Shown in pieces: positions 29,767-48,540 of a stretch of DNA of 64,000 nt. Where the stretch lies: the NCBI RefSeq assembly GCF_009914755.1, contig NC_060945.1. The stretch is one strand, 5' to 3'. Position numbers and translations under genes: made by a program. The notes beneath the pieces are model-generated. The model made no database searches. It saw nothing but the letters and a program-made list of their open reading frames with translations, and was not told the origin of the DNA. How positions within the stretch are numbered: position 1 is the first letter of the stretch; every line of letters starts with the position of its first letter. Source of the DNA: the human T2T-CHM13v2.0 reference genome, Homo sapiens.

Positions 29767-30380
29767 TATGGGAGGGAAAATCTAACTGGAAGAGCAGCAT
29801 ACTGAAAGGGGAAGTTGAGGCATGGAGAAGGAAAGGACTAGCGCTGGTAGGAGGATCCAGCTCATGGTCTGACGGCAGGAGGAACTGAGCTTGAACTCAC
29901 TTCCATGCCCTCCTTCTGCCCTGCTCACCTACCTGCCCGCACTGCCGGTTCCTTCCCAGTGAGCTAAACCCAGTTAGTGTCTCCAGCCCAGGCCCAGCAT
30001 GAATACAAAGGCTCACAGAGTCCTGCCTGGGCCTTTGGGACAGGGTCCCCCTGCTGACTTCTTTGGGCTGTAATGGTGGATTTGCACACCATGAACCCAC
30101 TGTGCTCTGCCCTGAGGCCAATGCCCTTCCTGTCAGAGACCCTAAGTGAGGGTGAGGGATGGAGAAGGTGGAGATGGCCAAGCACAGAGAAGGGCTCTGG
30201 GAAACTGAGTTCAGGGACTGAGATGCAGGAACATACCAGGGTCAGGGGAGGCTGAGATGAATAAGGCTGGGGGGGTGTGAGGGAGGATGGATGAGAGAGA
30301 GGGGAAGAGACACACAGAGAGAGAGAGAGGGATCAGAGAGATGGAAACACACACAGGGAGGCAGAAAGAAAGAAACGTAG

Positions 30381-30437
30381 CACTCTAACCTGGGCGATAG
30401 AGCGAGACTCCGTCTCAAAAAAAAAAAAAAAAAAAAA
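30381..30437 (+). mobile_element. Severely 5'-truncated Alu (last ~35 nt plus A-tail)
   Basis: cctgggcgatagagcgagactccgtctc(A)n flanked by aaagaaac(g/a)tag. Confidence 0.8.
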
Positions 30438-31387
30438 GAAAAGAAACATAGCTACGCAGGTCGGTAGACAGATAAAAATTAGAGACAGAGTCACAAATAG
30501 AGAAGGGAAAAGGGGAACATGGTAACCATCTGGGACAGTGGTAAGGAGCAGTGGAGGAAGAGGGCACCAGAAAGGTGAGTACTATGAGAATAAATGTGTA
30601 CCACCCACTTTGAACGGCCCTTGTGGAGCTTTAAAGATGTGTGCACCATACAAGGACCACTGGCCCATCCATCACTGGGGCACCCATTTCTCATTCTTTT
30701 CTCATCAGCCTCACCAAAACCCAGTGCAGATCACAGGCTGCACCCATCACTGCCTTTCTGGAGGGAACCCAGGCAGCTGCTTTGACTTCCGCCTTGAGGA
30801 TGAGACGCTTTACCCATTATTGCAGCATTTTGCTTTCTTATTTGACATCATGCTTCATTTCTCATCCTTCTGTTGCTGCCCTCTGGGGACCTTCAGTGCC
30901 ATTAATGTCTCCAAAAGTTCTGATTAAATAGGTCAGCATTGATTTCTCTCTCTTTCTCTAACCACTTTGCATACTAGTATCACAAGCTCCTCCTTGCCTC
31001 TGGTCCTGAAATGTACAGATTCCTTCTGCAGGCCCCACATCCATCAGCAGATTCACACTCAGAGCTTGTCCCCCTCCACTAACGGTGCATTAGAACCATG
31101 GTTGGCCTGACTGTGGGAAAACTGCTGAACTAAACCTGCCTCCTTTTAGCTGAAACCTAGGAAAGCAAAACTTCCTGAATTTTCTCAATCTATTCAGACA
31201 CACGCAAGGTTTGAATGTATTTCAGTTCTTGGAAGAAGGATGGCAAAATCAATACTGAAATAACAAGAATGAAGCAATTCAGAAAATGGATGTGCATTCC
31301 ATTAATCCATCATCAAACAATGGTTCTTGCTATGGTTCTTGCTATCTCCCAGGCACCACACTAGGGGAAAATATCTGAACACTAGAT

Positions 31388-31604
31388 CAGAGGCTCTCCA
31401 CTGAGGGTGGCTTTGTCCCCAGGGGACATGTAGCAAAGTCTGGAGACATTTTGATTGTCATAACACAGGGGAGGGTGACACTATTGATACCTATTGGTCA
31501 GAGGCCAGGGGTGCTGCTCAACATCATCCAATGCTCAGAATAGCCCCTGCCACGAAGAATGATCTGGCTTCAAATACTAACGGTGCTGCTGTTGAGAAAC
31601 TCTG
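31388..31604. mobile_element. MER20 (hAT-Charlie)
   Basis: ccccaggggaca...tctggagacattttgattgtca...gaggccagggg...gttgagaaactctg. Confidence 0.85.
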
Positions 31605-32002
31605 TTTTAGATGATCAGAATTCATAAGGCCAAGTGTTCCTTATTTCACTTTAATTCTACTTATAAAGCATTGAATTCAACCAGGATAAGCAGTTGTACC
31701 CCTCAGCCTCAGAATACTAGTCCACAAGGAGTTACGACCTCAGTTCTTCATGGAAGAAAATAAGAGATGGTCCAATGGAACTGTAATCAGAAGGCAAAAC
31801 CCCCAGGTCTTTCTCCATTGGCACCCGCTGAGGCAGGAGCTGATTCCAGTGGAAAGAGCAGTAGTTACAGAGTGCAGGGCTTGGTGTTGAAATCCTGTCT
31901 CTGCCTCTGCTTCTGCCTCCAGGTAGTTTTGTGACCCTTTTGAGCCTTGGTGCTCTTGCCTTTAGACAAATGAATGAGGCACAATACATTCTTTTTTTTT
32001 TT

Positions 32003-32075
32003 CTTATATCTAAACTTTTTATTAGCAACAAGTAATATTTACCAAAAGTATTGAGTTGGATGTATTTTAGCAGTA
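32003..32075 (-). other. 3' transduction carried by L1 copy A (~73 bp, own AATAAA at 32018-23, second poly(A) at 31993-32002)
   Basis: Non-L1 sequence between the L1 tail and a second A-run, inside the TSD. Confidence 0.8.
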
Positions 32076-32300
32076 TTTTCTTTTCTTTTTTTCTTTTATT
32101 ATTTTAAGTTTTAGGGTACATGTGCATATTGTGCAGGTTAGTTACATATGTATACATGTGCCATGCTGGTGTGCTGCACCCATTAACTAGTCATCTAGCA
32201 TTAGGTATATCTCCCAGTGCTATCCCTCTCCCCTCCCCCCACCCCACTACAGTCCCCAGAGTGTGATGTTCCCCTTCCTGTGTCCATGTGATCTCATTGT

Positions 32301-36137
<3,837 letters not shown>

Positions 36138-36185
36138 TTATTTTGCTCGTTAGTTGATGCAGTTTCTTCCTAGTCTTGATGGTCT

Positions 36186-37188
36186 CTACATTTTGGCATG
36201 ATTTTGCAGTGGCTGGTACCGGTTGTTCCTTTCCATGTTTAGTGCTTCCTTCAGGAGCTCTTTTAGGGCAGGCCTGGTAGTGACAAAATCTCTCAGCATT
36301 TGCTTGTCTGTAAAGTATTTTATTTCTCCTTCACTTATGAAGCTTAGTTTGGCTGGATATGAAATTCTGGGTTGAAAATTCTTTTCTTTAAGAATGTTGA
36401 ATATTGGCCCCCACTCTCTTCTGGCTTGTAGGGTTTCTGCCGAGAGATCCACTGTTAGTCTGATGGGCTTCCCTTTGAGGGTAACCCGACCTTTCTCTCT
36501 GGCTGCCCTTAACATTTTTTCCTTCATTTCAACTTTGGTGAATCTGACAATTATGTGTCTTGGAGTTGCTCTTGTCAAGGAATATCTTTGTGGCATTCTC
36601 TGTATTTCCTGAATCTGAACTTTGGCCTGCCTTGCTAGATTGGGGAAGTTCTCCTGGATAATATCCTGCAGAGTGTTTTTCAACTTGGTTCCATTCTCCC
36701 CATCACTTTCAGGTACACCAATCAGACGTAGATTTGGTCTTTTCACATAGTCCCATATTTCTTGGAGGCTTTGCTCATTTCTTTTTATTCTTTTTTCTCT
36801 AAACTTCCCTTCTTGCTTCATTTCATTCATTTCATCTTCCATCACTGATACCCTTTCTTCCAGTTGATCGCATCGGCTCCTGAGGCTTCTGCATTCTTCA
36901 CGTAGTTCTCGAGCCTTGGTTTTCAGCTCCATCAGCTCCTTTAAGCACTTCTGTGTATTAGTTATTCTAGTTATACATTCTTCTAAATTTTTTTCAAAGT
37001 TTTCAACATCTTTGCCTTTGGTTTGAATGTCCTCCTGTAGCTCAGAGTAATTTGATCGTCTGAAGCCTTCTTCTCTCAGCTCGTCATAGTCATTCTCTGT
37101 CCAGCTTTGTTCCGTTGCTGGTGAGGAACTGCATTCCTTTGGCAGAGGAGAGGCGCTCTGCTTTTTAGAGTTTCCAGTTTTTCCCCAT
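36186..37188 (-). pseudogene. L1 ORF1 of copy A, frameshifted by a ~14-nt deletion just after the ATG (only a 248-aa C-terminal frame is open)
   Basis: ATGGGGAAAAACTGG lacks the consensus AAAAAACAGAGCAG segment. Confidence 0.9.
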
Positions 37189-37646
37189 CTTTGTGGTTTT
37201 ATCTACTTTTGGTCTTTGATGATGGTGATGTACAGATGGGTTTTTGGTGTGGATGTCCTTTCTGTTTGTTAGTTTTCCTTCTAACAGACAGGACCCTCAG
37301 CTGCAGGTCTGTTGGAGTACCCTGCCCTGTGAGGTGTCAGTCTGCCCCTGCTGGGGGGTGCCTCCCAGTTAGGCTGCTCGGGGGTCCGGGGTCAGGGACC
37401 CACTTGAGGAGGCAGTCTGCCCTTCTCAGATGTCCAGCTGCGTACTGGGAGGACCACTGCTCTCTTCAAAGCTGTCAGACAGGGACATTTGAGTCTGCAG
37501 AGGTTACTGCTGTCTTTTTGTTTGTCTGTGCCCTGCCCCTAGAGGTGGAGCCTACAGAGGCAGGCAGGCAGGCCTCCTTGAGCTGTGGTGGGCTCCACCC
37601 AGTTCGAGCTTCCTGGCTGCTTTGTTTATCTAAGGAAGCCTGGGCA

Positions 37647-37904
37647 ATGGGGGGCCCCCCTCCCCCAGCCTCACTGCCGCCTTGCAGTTTGATCTCAGAC
37701 TGCTGTGCTAGCAATCAGCAAGACTCAGTGGGTGTGGGACCCTCCAAGCCAGGTGCGGGATATAGTCTCGTGGTGCGCCGTGTTTTAAGCTCGTCAGAAA
37801 AGCGCAGTATTCGGGTGGGAGTGACCCGATTTTCCAGGTGCCGTCCGTCACCCCTTTCTTTGACTAGGAAAGGGAACTCCCTGACCCCTGTGCTTCCCGA
37901 GTGA
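37647..37904 (+). CDS. L1 antisense ORF0 of copy A (85 aa, MGGPPPPASLPPCSLISDCC...), splice donor SD1 after 37752
   Basis: Matches the primate ORF0 peptide; CAG|GTGCGG at nt 106; expression unknown. Confidence 0.55.
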   Translation: MGGPPPPASLPPCSLISDCCASNQQDSVGVGPSKPGAGYSLVVRRVLSSSEKRSIRVGVTRFSRCRPSPLSLTRKGNSLTPVLPE

Positions 37905-40900
37905 TGCAATGCCTCGCCCTGCTTCGGCTCGCGCATGGTGTGCACACCCACTGACCTGCGCCCACTGTCTGGCACTCCCTAGTGAGATGAACCCGGTACC
38001 TCAGATGGAAATGCCGAAATCACCCGTCTTCTGCGTCGCTCAGGCTGGGAGCTGTAGACGGGAGCTGTTCCTATTCGGCCATCTTGGCTCCTCCCCCCCA
38101 GGCACAATACTTTCTAAAGGCACCTTGAAGCCTAAAAGAGCCCTTCTTATACTCTGAGGTATCTCACCACTGAAACTGGTTACATACATCTGTATTGGGA
38201 ATTAATGGATAAGGGTGGAACAAATGAAATGCATTTCTGGGGGCCAGATATTCCAAAGCAGTTTGGGGTAGCCTTCTTCCTCCTCCTCTGCAATGCTTTG
38301 TTAGTTGGAGGCTGTAAACATGCCGATGCTTTCCCAAATTTGTGGGAATGAATGTGAATCACAGTTTTTGGGGCTTCAATCTCCTCTGCGGACACATAAA
38401 AAGGAACTTTCATCAATTTCTAACAAGGTTTGAGATCTATGCCTGGATAGAGCTGGATATTGATGCAAAAGTAAGAAGCAAAAGATGATTTCCTTGAGTT
38501 CCAGCAATTTCAATAAAAAACACAGAGACCAGACTTGCAACAACACTATAGTGTCAAAGAGCTGGTTCCCAAAGGGGAGCATAGAGTCCACCCATACCAG
38601 AGACAGACGAGATCTAACACTTTTTGAGTTTAATATTAATGTTGCAGCATGGTAATGAAAACTAGTAAAAGAATCTCTCTTGGTAAATGAATCTTCACTC
38701 CCAAACGGCAAGCAGGAAAAACCCTAAATAAATAATGTGAGATTGATATCAGAGGCCCATGTGCAGGGACTCGATTACAATTCTTGGCTTGTACTCAGGG
38801 GCCCTCATGCATTTTTTAAGAGCTCATCAATATTGTGATCCTTCTGCTTGCTGGTGAACTTTAAAAACTACACCGAGGTATAAAAGTAGGGCTTTGACTT
38901 TGTTGAGGCTTATGATTCTTCTCAAATAAAGTAGATCTGAATAAAAGACGGATTGGAAAATCTTCCCTGGCCTTTAGGCAAGCACAGAACTTAGCAGTGG
39001 TTTTGGAGCACCCACTATGGAACGATCCATGAGATCCAAAGATGGATACAGTTCCCACACAACAGCCACAAGGAACCACACATTGGGGACCACCTGAAGC
39101 AGAACCCTAGCTGGGGGCTTGGCCTTGTTCTGCCATGAAGCTGACAGAGCTGTTTCTACAACAATGTGCATCTTGAATCATCCCACAGAAGGAGCTGAGT
39201 TAGGCTGGAAATGAGAGAATTCCAGACAGAGGGAAGGTATATTTGTGGAGTTGTAGGAGGCCAGAAAGTTGAAGGCTGGAGACTAGGGGCAAGGTTGGAG
39301 GCTGGAGACCAGGGGTCAAGGCAAGGAAGACAAGGCTGACCCCTCAGACGCTAGTAAGTCTCTACTGTGAGAGCAGCAGGAAGCCATGGAAGGGGGTTAA
39401 ACAGAGGAAGGTTGACTCTTACTGGAAATGATGGCTTGTCTCCCATTTCTGGTTTGGGATACAGGATGCCTTAGGCCCTGGTGCCAGCAGAGTGTACAGG
39501 AGGCCACATTGGAAGACGATGGTCTTTGCTGTCTTCTTACCTTTCTGTATGCTCCCTGGGCCTTCGTGTGGCTTTAGCTTCTCACAAGGCCTCACTGGGC
39601 TGTGTATGTGTGTGCGTGTTTGTGTGTGTAGGTGGTGACTGACCATCTTCTATGAGCTGGGCTTTGTATTATTTCTTGACCTTCTCAAGATTTGCCTGTC
39701 TCATGTCTTCAGAACCCATTGCCTGCAGTCTTTGATACACACTATTCTGATAAATGAATGAGACTGTGAGGAGTGTTAATTTAAGATATTAACCCTTTTA
39801 TGTGTTAGGGTAATACCCAGTGTCTTTTTACTCAGGAGATATTCAATCAGTAGGGATTCAATACACGAGTGTCGTATATTTGTGTTTTAACCGGGTCTGT
39901 CTGAGATGCAGTGAACGTTCAGTTAGCCTGGGCAGCCTTCTTTCTTGTCATCTGTAGAGCTGGAATCTGGGAGCTTCCTTCTGGTCACTCAGCAGGGACA
40001 AAGAGGCCTCTACCCCCACATCACTGTTCTCTAAGGTACATGCCTCCCCCATCACTTTCCACCTCTCGAGGAACTGGCACAGCCCAGGATTTCGCAATGA
40101 TTAGAACTGAACCCCAATAAGCTACCCAAGAAAAACAGTGAGCCTTTTAAGGGGCTCAGAAGTCAGACAAGAGAATCAGAACACAGGGAATACATGTTCT
40201 GGAACAAGAGGACACAAACACCAGCTTAGCAACTGCAGCAAGTACAGTGAACCAGCCAGACCACTGGACAAGGTCAGAGGTACAGGGGATGGCCTCTTGA
40301 ACACAGTGGCAGGAGGATGGTTGCAGGGTAGTGGCTGCAGAAGACCCCATGTACATACATGCTAAGCTTTTATTTCAGGCAAAGGGCTTAGAGTTCTAAG
40401 CTTGAGAACCCCTCAGAACAGGTCCTACTGTCACTTTCTGAGTCTGAGGGAGAGTTACTAAGAAGACACTGAAATTCTATAAGAGCCCTTAAGAAGCTAA
40501 AATTGCAAATACTCCTCAGAGAGACCTGGATTTCCAGCAGAAATCAGGATTAGCACATGCCAATATTTAGGTCGACATCGAGTGGGCGTGAACAGCAGTA
40601 TGTGGAGGCTTTGTTGGATGGCCCCAGGGTTCTTTTAACCTAAAATTCTATGGGAGTGTTTGAAGGGTCGTAGTTCAGAGGGAACTCTTGATCCCTGTTG
40701 TGAACGCCAAGCTCATTCCTATCTCCTGGCCTTTATCTTTGCTCAGCTCTCTGGACCACCAGAAGGATCTTTGCAGGGCTCCTTCCATCCCATCATTTAC
40801 GTCTCATTGCCTGAGAGGCCTTTCCGGGCCATTCTTTCCAAAATACTCCCCTCCCACGTTTTATCCCCTTCCTGGATTTGCTTCTCCACCCAGCACTCAC

Positions 40901-41119
40901 CACAGTCGGGAACGATACTATTTGTTTGTTTACTTGATCAGTGGGGATCTCTGTGGGTCTTGTCTATCAATCACTGCATCCTCAGTTCCCAAAACAGGAC
41001 CAGTCATTTAGTGTCCACTCAACACACGCATGGCAAAAAAAGACAGAGGAGCAGGGAGGCTGAGAGGGAGGGAGCAAGCCTTCCTCTAGAAGGGTGGAAC
41101 GCAGAGCAGTGCAGTGAGA

Positions 41120-41272
41120 ATGTGTGTGTGCCTGTGTGTATCCATGCATGGGAGCATGTGCTTATGTATCCACGTACATGTGCATGTGTGTCAACATATA
41201 TGTGTCCATGCATGTGTACTTGTGTGTGAATGTGTATGTGTGCACGCATGTGTGTGCGCAAGCACACGTGTA
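41120..41272. repeat. Degenerate (TG/CA)-rich purine-pyrimidine alternating tract
   Basis: tgtgtgtgtgcctgtgtgtatccatgcatg...gcacacgtgt. Confidence 0.85.
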
Positions 41273-42410
41273 GGCATCAAAGAGACTTGCATTTGAAAGG
41301 AGACCCTTAGTATAATATTTATGATAAACATTTCAAAACTGAGTTTTAGTGATGTGCAGAACAGAGGAGGAAGATGCAAGCCCCGAGGCTTGGCACCCCA
41401 GCTGCCTGAGCCAAGTCCTCAGGCAGTGAGGGAGATATAGGTAAGTGAAGCTGGGGGTGGGGGTTATTTAGCTCTGAAGATTGGACTGCTGGTGTCTTGT
41501 TTTGATTTCAGAGCCAACATGACAGATACCCAGACTTCAGAGAGGGAAAACAGCATGGTCAAAATGACAACTGAGAATACGGTGGCCAGCCTTGGTCAGA
41601 ATAGTGCTGACCTGTGCAGAGGTAGGCTCTTTCTTCAGGTAAGGGCTCCTGGCCTCTCTGCATGCCTTGGGGCCCGCCTCCTACTCTCCACCCTCACACC
41701 CTCAGGAGAGAGTGATGCAAGATGAATGGATCCTAAAATTAAAATCCAGTAACTCTTTCGAATTACTGGCAATTTAGTGAATTAACAAGTTGGCACCAGG
41801 CAGTGGCCTTTTCCCACTAAAAAAAAAAAAAACAACCTCAAATGCATTCCCCAAGGAAGGGGCTGAAACTCATAACCTTGTGTCTGGGGCCCAGAGGGCA
41901 TGAGCACAGAGATCCAAAGGGGCTGATGCTTTCCCTACCACTAGTGGGGCAGGCTGTGTTAGGGTGCATGTCTGAAACTTGAAACTGAATTAAGTAGCTT
42001 CATGTAATGGCTTCTCTTGACGGCACAGGATAAACATCATAAGAAGAAGAAGCAGTAATCCAAGAAGGTTTGCAACTGGCTCAAAATGCTACCTGAAACC
42101 AAGAATGGGTACTGTAATCAAAGAATTGGAAGCCACCTTGACCCAGAGGAAAAAAAATTGTTAAACTTTGCAGCTATTTCTCAAAAGAATAGAGAATTTT
42201 GTTTTCTGTTTGTAGAGATGGGAATAGTCATCCCTTATGGAAGAAGACAATAATTTGCTGCATTTTTAGGACTTGTAATTGTACAGGCAAATTCAAAATT
42301 CAGGTAGCATTAAAATTACAGCTAGATAATGCTGCCTGCTTTGTGGATAGCTATCCTCATTTCAAGGGAGAGCACCCCTTTATCTGTTGAAGAGATGTCT
42401 TTTTGATTTG

Positions 42411-42854
42411 CTAAGGGCAAGAATGGAAAATAAGTGCGAATAGGAACAGCTCCGGTCTGCAGCTCCCAGCGTGAGCGACGCAGAAGACGGGTGATCTCGG
42501 CATTTCCATCTGAGGTACCGGGTTCATCTCACTAGGGAGTGCCAGACAGTGGGTGCGCACACTGTGCGTGAGCCGAAGCAGAGCGAGGCATTGCCTCACT
42601 CGGGAAGCACAAAGGGTCAGGGAGTTCCCTTTCCTAGTCAAAGAAAGGGGTGACGGACGGCACCTGGAAAATCGGGTCACTCCCACCCGAATACTGTGCT
42701 TTTCTGACGGGCTTAAAACATGGCGCACCACGAGATTATATCCCGCACCTGGCTTGGAGGGTCCTACGCCCATGGAGTCTCGCTGATTGCTAGCAGAGCA
42801 GTCTGAGATCAAACTGCAAGGTGGCAGCCAGGCTGGGGGAGGGGGGCCCGCCAT
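42411..42854 (-). CDS. L1 antisense ORF0 of copy B, extended to 147 aa and running out of the element into flanking DNA; SD1 after 42749
   Basis: MAGPPPPAWLPPCSLISDCSASNQRDS... within ORF 42411..42995; expression unknown. Confidence 0.55.
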   Translation of the reverse strand: MAGPPPPAWLPPCSLISDCSASNQRDSMGVGPSKPGAGYNLVVRHVLSPSEKHSIRVGVTRFSRCRPSPLSLTRKGNSLTLCASRVRQCLALLRLTHSVRTHCLALPSEMNPVPQMEMPRSPVFCVAHAGSCRPELFLFALIFHSCP

Positions 42855-43295
42855 TGCCCAGGCTTGCTTAGGTAAACAAAGCAGCCTGGAAGCTCGAACT
42901 GGGTGGAGCCCACCACAGCTCAAGGAGGCCTGCCTGCCTGCCTCTGTAGGCTGCACAGACAAACAAAAAGACAGCAGTAACCTCTGCAGACTCAAATGTC
43001 CCTGTCTGACAGCTTTGAAGAGAGCAGTGGTCCTCCCAGTACGCAGCTGGACATCTGAGAAGGGCAGACTGCCTCCTCAAGTGGGTCCCTGACCCCGGAC
43101 CCCCGAGCAGCCTAACTGGGAGGCACCCCCCAGCAGGGGCAGACTGACACCTCACAGGGCAGGGTACTCCAACAGACCTGCAGCTGAGGGTCCTGTCTGT
43201 TAGAAGGAAAACTAACAAACAGAAAGGACATCCACACCAAAAACCCATCTGTACATCACCATCATCAAAGACCAAAAGTAGATAAAACCACAAAG

Positions 43296-44298
43296 ATGGG
43301 GAAAAACTGGAAACTCTAAAAAGCAGAGCGCCTCTCCTCTGCCAAAGGAATGCAGTTCCTCACCAGCAACGGAACAAAGCTGGACAGAGAATGACTATGA
43401 CGAGCTGAGAGAAGAAGGCTTCAGACGATCAAATTACTCTGAGCTACAGGAGGACATTCAAACCAAAGGCAAAGATGTTGAAAACTTTGAAAAAAATTTA
43501 GAAGAATGTATAACTAGAATAACTAATACACAGAAGTGCTTAAAGGAGCTGATGGAGCTGAAAACCAAGGCTCGAGAACTACGTGAAGAATGCAGAAGCC
43601 TCAGGAGCCGATGCGATCAACTGGAAGAAAGGGTATCAGTGATGGAAGATGAAATGAATGAAATGAAGCAAGAAGGGAAGTTTAGAGAAAAAAGAATAAA
43701 AAGAAATGAGCAAAGCCTCCAAGAAATATGGGACTATGTGAAAAGACCAAATCTACGTCTGATTGGTGTACCTGAAAGTGATGGGGAGAATGGAACCAAG
43801 TTGAAAAACACTCTGCAGGATATTATCCAGGAGAACTTCCCCAATCTAGCAAGGCAGGCCAAAGTTCAGATTCAGGAAATACAGAGAATGCCACAAAGAT
43901 ATTCCTTGACAAGAGCAACTCCAAGACACATAATTGTCAGATTCACCAAAGTTGAAATGAAGGAAAAAATGTTAAGGGCAGCCAGAGAGAAAGGTCGGGT
44001 TACCCTCAAAGGGAAGCCCATCAGACTAACAGTGGATCTCTCGGCAGAAACCCTACAAGCCAGAAGAGAGTGGGGGCCAATATTCAACATTCTTAAAGAA
44101 AAGAATTTTCAACCCAGAATTTCATATCCAGCCAAACTAAGCTTCATAAGTGAAGGAGAAATAAAATACTTTACAGACAAGCAAATGCTGAGAGATTTTG
44201 TCACTACCAGGCCTGCCCTAAAAGAGCTCCTGAAGGAAGCACTAAACATGGAAAGGAACAACCGGTACCAGCCACTGCAAAATCATGCCAAAATGTAG
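43296..44298 (+). pseudogene. L1 ORF1 of copy B, with the same 14-nt deletion as copy A
   Basis: Same ATGGGGAAAAACTGG junction; the 248-aa translation is identical to copy A. Confidence 0.9.
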
Positions 44299-44361
44299 AG
44301 ACCATCAAGACTAGGAAGAAACTGCATCAACTAACGAGCAAAATAACCAGCTAACATCATA

Positions 44362-48193
<3,832 letters not shown>

Positions 48194-48420
48194 ACAATGA
48201 GATCACATGGACACAGGAAGGGGAACATCACACTCTGGGGACTGTAGTGGGGTGGGGGGAGGGGGGAGGGATAGCACTGGGAGATATACCTAATGCTAGA
48301 TGACCAGTTAGTGGGTGCAGCGCACCAGAATGGCACATGTATACATATGTAACTAACCTGCACAATATGCACATGTACCCTGAAACTTAAAGTATAATAA
48401 TAAAGAAAAGAAAAGAAAAA

Positions 48421-48540
48421 GAATATGAACTAAGAAAAACTAAAGTCTAACAGGGGAAACGTGTCAGAAAAAAATACCAATGTAGGTTTTTGAATATGTG
48501 AAGGAAAAACTGATTAAATTATGCAGATGAAATAAAAATC
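48421..48540 (+). other. 3' transduction carried by L1 copy B (~120 bp, ATTAAA at 48513-18, second poly(A) from 48541)
   Basis: Non-L1 sequence between the L1 tail and a second A-run, inside a perfect 17-bp TSD. Confidence 0.88.

Noticed and set aside
37191-37904. 237-aa ORF as a novel gene
   Set aside because: Antisense L1 5' UTR frame with a non-ATG start; only the ORF0 part from 37647 is meaningful
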